Shown here piece after piece: positions 27,883-32,000 of a stretch of 32,000 nt of DNA (the stretch's first letter is position 1; every line of letters starts with the position of its first letter). The notes below the pieces were generated by a model, which searched no databases, was not told where the DNA came from, and was given only the letters and a program-made list of their open reading frames with translations. The DNA comes from Candidatus Thorarchaeota archaeon (GTDB lineage Archaea; Asgardarchaeota; Heimdallarchaeia; Hodarchaeales; Hodarchaeaceae), in contig JBHLRO010000029.1 of the NCBI GenBank assembly GCA_048882505.1, positions 1 through 32,000 of the forward strand. Reading direction: 5' to 3'. Both the position numbers and the translations under genes were made by a program.

Positions 27883-28584
27883 ATAAAATCGCTCGATAAG
27901 TCCCCAGAGACCATTTCACGAATGTTCTCATCTATCGCGTCACGCTATAATCTGATGAACAACGTGATGACGGGGTTTACCCATCACTTAACTCGAAGAT
28001 TTGCCTTCTCTCTCGCCAAATTTAAGACCGGCCAGCGTGCAGTCGATCTTGCAACAGGTACAGGAGATTTTGTAAAGCTATTAAATGCTAAAGGCGGCGA
28101 AAAGTCGGTTGTTATTGGGTGTGACCTATCTAGGGAAATGCTTGGTCTGGCGAAGAAACATAATCATCGAACTGACTTTATACAAGCAGATATTAACACT
28201 CTTCCATTTTTAGACAATTCTTTTGATCTATCTACGATATCATATGGTCTCAGGAATGTTCAAGATCCTCTACTCGTGCTTACAGAAATATTTCGAATAA
28301 CCCGCCCAGGAGGCCATCTTATAATTGTTGAATCGAGCATCCCGATGAATACGGGAAGTCGGTTTCTTATTTGGTTTCATTTCACAAAAATTGTCCCGCG
28401 TTTGGCATCGTTTTTTCGTTTAAGCACAGCTGCCTACAATTATTACTTCGAATCCGTCAAACAGTTTCCAATAGGAACAAGATTTTTTCATCTACTAAGA
28501 AACGCAGGATGGAGTCATGCGACATGGTATACAAGACTTTTCGGAGCTGTCTCGATCTATCTTGTCACGAAAGGGGTATCCTAG
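27883..28584 (+). CDS. menG: MenG/UbiE-family quinone C-methyltransferase
   Basis: MFSSIASRYNLMN, DLATGTGD, GCDLSREML, AD-x3-LPF.DNSFD, YGLRNV. The frame extends upstream to ATA 27883 (track starts at ATG 27922). Confidence 0.85.
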   Translation: MKSLDKSPETISRMFSSIASRYNLMNNVMTGFTHHLTRRFAFSLAKFKTGQRAVDLATGTGDFVKLLNAKGGEKSVVIGCDLSREMLGLAKKHNHRTDFIQADINTLPFLDNSFDLSTISYGLRNVQDPLLVLTEIFRITRPGGHLIIVESSIPMNTGSRFLIWFHFTKIVPRLASFFRLSTAAYNYYFESVKQFPIGTRFFHLLRNAGWSHATWYTRLFGAVSIYLVTKGVS

Positions 28585-28593
28585 CTTTGATCG

Positions 28594-29460
28594 CTATTCA
28601 TTCAATAGCTCGGCTTCACCGTGGGTCAGGACTGAATACCCATCTTGATTATCAGTCCTAAATCCCAGAATTCGACTTTCATTGGTTTTCTTGATTAACC
28701 AAGCATGAGTTGTTAGGAAGTCCCCCATAAAAACGGGTCTGGAAAATCGCGTTTTTATACTTTTGAGTTTGGTTGGACTTGTATCTGTCCCATTTAATAT
28801 TGCCTGTGCGGCAAACGCCATTGTACAAAGGCCCTGTAATATCACATCTGGTAAACCCACCATCCGAGCAAAATCTGGGTCAAGATGTATTGGATTCATG
28901 TCACCAGATGCTTTTGAGTACCGAATGGCTTGGTCTGGTTCAACAACCATCTTTTCTTGGAAGAGAGGTTCCTGAATTTGAGACGGGGATGGTATCTTTT
29001 GAGTTTTCGATTTGGATATCACCTTTTCTTGATTTTTGAAGAATAAACCTGCCCGCATTACAAAAATCAGATCAGAATGGTCATGTCCTTCGATTCTTAC
29101 CCACAGCACTTCGCCAGATGATTTGACATCAATGGATTCGAGTTGGATGGAAGTCCGGATTTGGTTACCTGGTTTTAAGGGTCGAGTATAAGTGATCGAA
29201 TGTTCTCCATGAACCATTCGTGAGAAATCAAGATTTAAAGTTGGGTCTTGTACCAGTTTATTACTGACTAAGAACATCGTGGTCACAGGGAAGAGAGGCG
29301 GGACTAGGCGCAGCGATTCATTGGTTTCGAAATAACTTGGATTCGTCTCATTTGTAGCCTTGGCAAACTCAAGAGTTCGAATTGGATCAATAATTTCAAT
29401 CGAACCAGAATAATTTCTGCCAATGATGGACGAATCGAGAATTTGAGGGGACTTATTCAT
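28594..29460 (-). CDS. Double hot-dog MaoC-family (R)-specific enoyl-CoA hydratase (hydratase-2-like)
   Basis: N-terminal domain with FAKATNE.NP and VHGEH; C-terminal YSKASGDMNPIH...ILQGLCTM...RFSRPVF.GD. ATG 29460 preferred. Confidence 0.88.
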   Translation of the reverse strand: MNKSPQILDSSIIGRNYSGSIEIIDPIRTLEFAKATNETNPSYFETNESLRLVPPLFPVTTMFLVSNKLVQDPTLNLDFSRMVHGEHSITYTRPLKPGNQIRTSIQLESIDVKSSGEVLWVRIEGHDHSDLIFVMRAGLFFKNQEKVISKSKTQKIPSPSQIQEPLFQEKMVVEPDQAIRYSKASGDMNPIHLDPDFARMVGLPDVILQGLCTMAFAAQAILNGTDTSPTKLKSIKTRFSRPVFMGDFLTTHAWLIKKTNESRILGFRTDNQDGYSVLTHGEAELLNE

Positions 29461-29589
29461 GGGTAACTCTTCCAATCATATAATCAGCGCTTTAAGATTT
29501 GAGCAACAAATGCAGAATTTGCCAAGTTAAATCAACCTTATCCCGATTTTAAAGAGAAGACATAATACAGGAGTTACTCGTGCGGAATT

Positions 29590-29609
29590 AGTATAAACAT
29601 CTTTATACT
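29590..29609. promoter_or_regulatory. Perfect inverted repeat in the divergent MaoC/TPR promoter
   Basis: AGTATAAA-CATC-TTTATACT, immediately upstream of TATA TTTATATA at 29617-29624. Confidence 0.5.
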
Positions 29610-29655
29610 GATCATATTTATATACTAGTTCAACCCTAATGAAGATTGTTAGTCA

Positions 29656-30861
29656 ATGAAATCCGCCTCCACCATTCCAGAGATTAGCTATCATCTGCAT
29701 CGGTTGTCCTTGGACCTCCAGAATGACCTAACCGAGTATTCTCAACGAAATCATTGGGCCACCAAGGATTTACATGAGATTTGTAATGATCTGGAATTGT
29801 TTATTGAATCTCGCTCAACCGATGAACCAACTTATGGTGTACTCCTATTTATATACGCCCAATTACTCTTTTTCTCTGGAAATCTTACTAAACTAAATGA
29901 TCTTTTTGCATTGACAGCCAATACACCAACCATGGGTGTTCAGCTTTACTATGCAATTGGTTTGGTATTTCAAGGTCATACACAAGAGGCCGAAGAGATT
30001 TTGGAGCGCATTCGTAAAGATCAAAATTTCAACGAACTAGATGATAGTTTTCAATTGGAGGTTTTAGGGATAGATTTGTTTATTCACTCTATCAAACGTG
30101 AATATCTCAAAGTTGCACAGAAATACGAGAAACTAATTAGTTTTGCGATTTCAAAGAATCTGGCTACAGATGAGGCTGGAACCCACCTTCTTACCCTCCC
30201 TAAAATACGGCATGCCTATTCTCTTCGAGGAAGTGGGAAGGTGGGAGAGGCAATTAGGTTATTAAAAGCCTGTCAAAGAGATTTGGGAACATTTCCTCAT
30301 CGATATTACCAGGTGATGACACTTACCCGTCTTGGTCATTGTTACCACAATGGTGGAAGAATAAAACGAGCTATCGAGCTATACGATGAAGGAATTGATA
30401 TTGCCTTGGAAATACAAAGTTGGGTCTTACTTTCTATCCTTTACAATCGCGTTGGATTTGTGATGATTCAGAACGAAAATTCCTCAAGAGCTAAAGATTA
30501 TTTTGAAAAGGCATTAACATACGCAGAGATGGCTGGAGCCATTTGGCTAACTATTGGGCCTTTGGCTAATCTGGCACGTTGGAAAATAGCACAAGGGAAA
30601 ATAAAAGAGGCAATCGATGACTATCATCAATTTGCCAAGGTTGCTGAAGGCGTGGGTGATCACCGGGAATTATGTTATGCCCAACTCGGGCTGGCTGATC
30701 TATATGAAAAAATCGATGATATTCCAAAATCAATGTACTATTTAGGGAAAGGTGTTGAGCTTGGGGTTAAGCTCGGGATTCTCGAAATTATTCCTCAGGA
30801 CCGTCAACGTAAAAGCTCCAGACAAAGATGGTCTCGCCATAAGGACGAGGAGAAAAATTAG
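29656..30861 (+). CDS. Tetratricopeptide-repeat protein
   Basis: Repeated helical units such as LTRLGHCYHNGGRIKRAIELYDEGI, YNRVGFVMIQ...AKDYFEKAL and LANLARWKIAQGKIKEAI; no catalytic domain seen. Confidence 0.8.
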   Translation: MKSASTIPEISYHLHRLSLDLQNDLTEYSQRNHWATKDLHEICNDLELFIESRSTDEPTYGVLLFIYAQLLFFSGNLTKLNDLFALTANTPTMGVQLYYAIGLVFQGHTQEAEEILERIRKDQNFNELDDSFQLEVLGIDLFIHSIKREYLKVAQKYEKLISFAISKNLATDEAGTHLLTLPKIRHAYSLRGSGKVGEAIRLLKACQRDLGTFPHRYYQVMTLTRLGHCYHNGGRIKRAIELYDEGIDIALEIQSWVLLSILYNRVGFVMIQNENSSRAKDYFEKALTYAEMAGAIWLTIGPLANLARWKIAQGKIKEAIDDYHQFAKVAEGVGDHRELCYAQLGLADLYEKIDDIPKSMYYLGKGVELGVKLGILEIIPQDRQRKSSRQRWSRHKDEEKN

Positions 30862-30900
30862 CTAGCCAAATAAACTTTCGAAGTACCGAGGATAACTGCC

Positions 30901-31842
30901 ATGGGCAGTCAGGATTTAAATCCCAAGCCTTTCTTTGGTGCAACCACCACTGAATTACAGGAGGCTAATTTGGCAGTTCTGGGTATCCCTTGGGATGCTT
31001 CTTCCTCATTTCAAACAGGAGCCGCCTCAGCCCCCCATTATATTCGAAATGCTACATCAGGCCAACTGTATAATCCATACACCGAAGATCTCGTGAATCT
31101 TAAGGAGAAATGGAAGATATATGATTGGGGTGACGTTCAGGTCCCCGATGATGTACAAGAAGCAAAAGATTACCTAGTTAAGATTCATGCTACCTTGAAA
31201 ACCGTTCTACAGGAGAAAAAGGACATAAATTTTCTTTTTCTCGGAGGAGATCACCTTTCTACATATTTTTCTCTTACCAGTCTTTATGAATTGGGAATTT
31301 TCCGTAACCTGGGTTTAATCTATCTTGATGCCCACCCTGATCTTTATTTGGAATATGAAGCTAGCCCGTACTCTCATGCTTGTGTTGTCCGACGACTGAT
31401 CGAGGAAATTCAGCTTGATCCAATAAATATCTTTCAGGTAGGAATACGTGCAACAACTCCTTCACAAGCGGATTTTGCCAAAAAGATGGGAATAACAACT
31501 ATCTCAGCACGTGAATTTCAGCAATTGGGAGCTGATGCTGTGGCAAAAATAATAAGCAACCTTCTAACAAATGCAGTGGACAGCATCTATCTTTCCATAG
31601 ATCTTGATGTATTGGACCCGTCCTGTGCTCCTGGCGTACCTAATCCAGAAGCAGGGGGACTGCTTACGCGTGATCTTGTAACGTTCATCCAAACATTGCC
31701 AAAAACTCCAGTTCGAGCTTTTGACATAGTCGAACTTCTTCCCGCAAAAGATATGACCGGAATCACAGGATTTGCGGCAGCGAAGATTATTAGAGAATCT
31801 TTGGGTAAGATCGATCCTTTTTCGGATATATCGGAAGATTAA
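30901..31842 (+). CDS. speB: Agmatinase (ureohydrolase family)
   Basis: GIPWD, GGDH, DAHPD, SHAC, SIDLDVLDP.CAPGV..PEAGGL, DIVE; all Mn ligands present. Confidence 0.88.
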   Translation: MGSQDLNPKPFFGATTTELQEANLAVLGIPWDASSSFQTGAASAPHYIRNATSGQLYNPYTEDLVNLKEKWKIYDWGDVQVPDDVQEAKDYLVKIHATLKTVLQEKKDINFLFLGGDHLSTYFSLTSLYELGIFRNLGLIYLDAHPDLYLEYEASPYSHACVVRRLIEEIQLDPINIFQVGIRATTPSQADFAKKMGITTISAREFQQLGADAVAKIISNLLTNAVDSIYLSIDLDVLDPSCAPGVPNPEAGGLLTRDLVTFIQTLPKTPVRAFDIVELLPAKDMTGITGFAAAKIIRESLGKIDPFSDISED

Positions 31843-32000
31843 TTTTTGGACGATATCCATTTACCAATGCCAGTAGGATATAAATCATTGATCCTCTTGG
31901 ATTGACGATCCAAGAAAACTTTTCAACAAATTAGCGGATCCCAAATTCTTGAAAACGACTAATTATTGTTAAGGGATTAGGTTCTCATCGCGTGAACATT

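Noticed and set aside
1859-31860. Many 60-130 aa ORFs in the track that are antisense to or overlap larger genes (e.g. 1859..2182, 8276..8623, 19132..19527, 23715..24074, 24110..24511)
   Set aside because: Shadow frames of well-supported genes, with no recognisable motifs.
31843-32000. Possible gene end on the minus strand at the right edge (KVFLDRQ...WISSKN)
   Set aside because: The frame is closed by several stops within the window, so it is not a continuing CDS.
1-32000. tRNA, rRNA, CRISPR arrays, IS elements, integrases, selenoprotein signals
   Set aside because: No cloverleaf, spaced repeat array, transposase motif or in-frame TGA within a conserved gene was seen by eye; tRNAscan-SE and Infernal were not run.

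Overview
Densely coding archaeal chromosomal window with about 27 genes. Archaeal origin is supported by TATA boxes about 25-35 nt upstream of starts, GGAGG/AGGTGA ribosome-binding sites and a type II methionine aminopeptidase. The gene style (tandem Lrp regulator, long TPR protein, oversized GT-C membrane proteins) suggests an Asgard/Heimdallarchaeia-like lineage, which is inference only. Content is mostly transport, peptide/lipid catabolism and envelope functions: two ABC systems, MFS, CaCA antiporter, prolyl oligopeptidase, MetAP, agmatinase, amidohydrolase, enoyl-CoA isomerase, MaoC hydratase, MenG and two GT-C glycosyltransferases. One GT-C gene is missing from the ORF track because it runs off the left edge. 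No rRNA, tRNA, CRISPR or transposase was seen. Best leads: (1) a three-gene cassette of small winged-helix protein, coiled-coil/winged-helix protein and ParA/MinD ATPase, with direct repeats at its promoter, a candidate undescribed partition/positioning system; (2) two genes that appear to start at ATA behind a well-spaced Shine-Dalgarno; (3) an MFS transporter with a His-rich loop; (4) an apparently catalytically dead membrane-anchored alpha/beta-hydrolase; (5) a 33-aa cationic Trp-containing small ORF next to an ABC-2 exporter and a prolyl oligopeptidase. All family calls are from motif recognition by eye; no database search was run.
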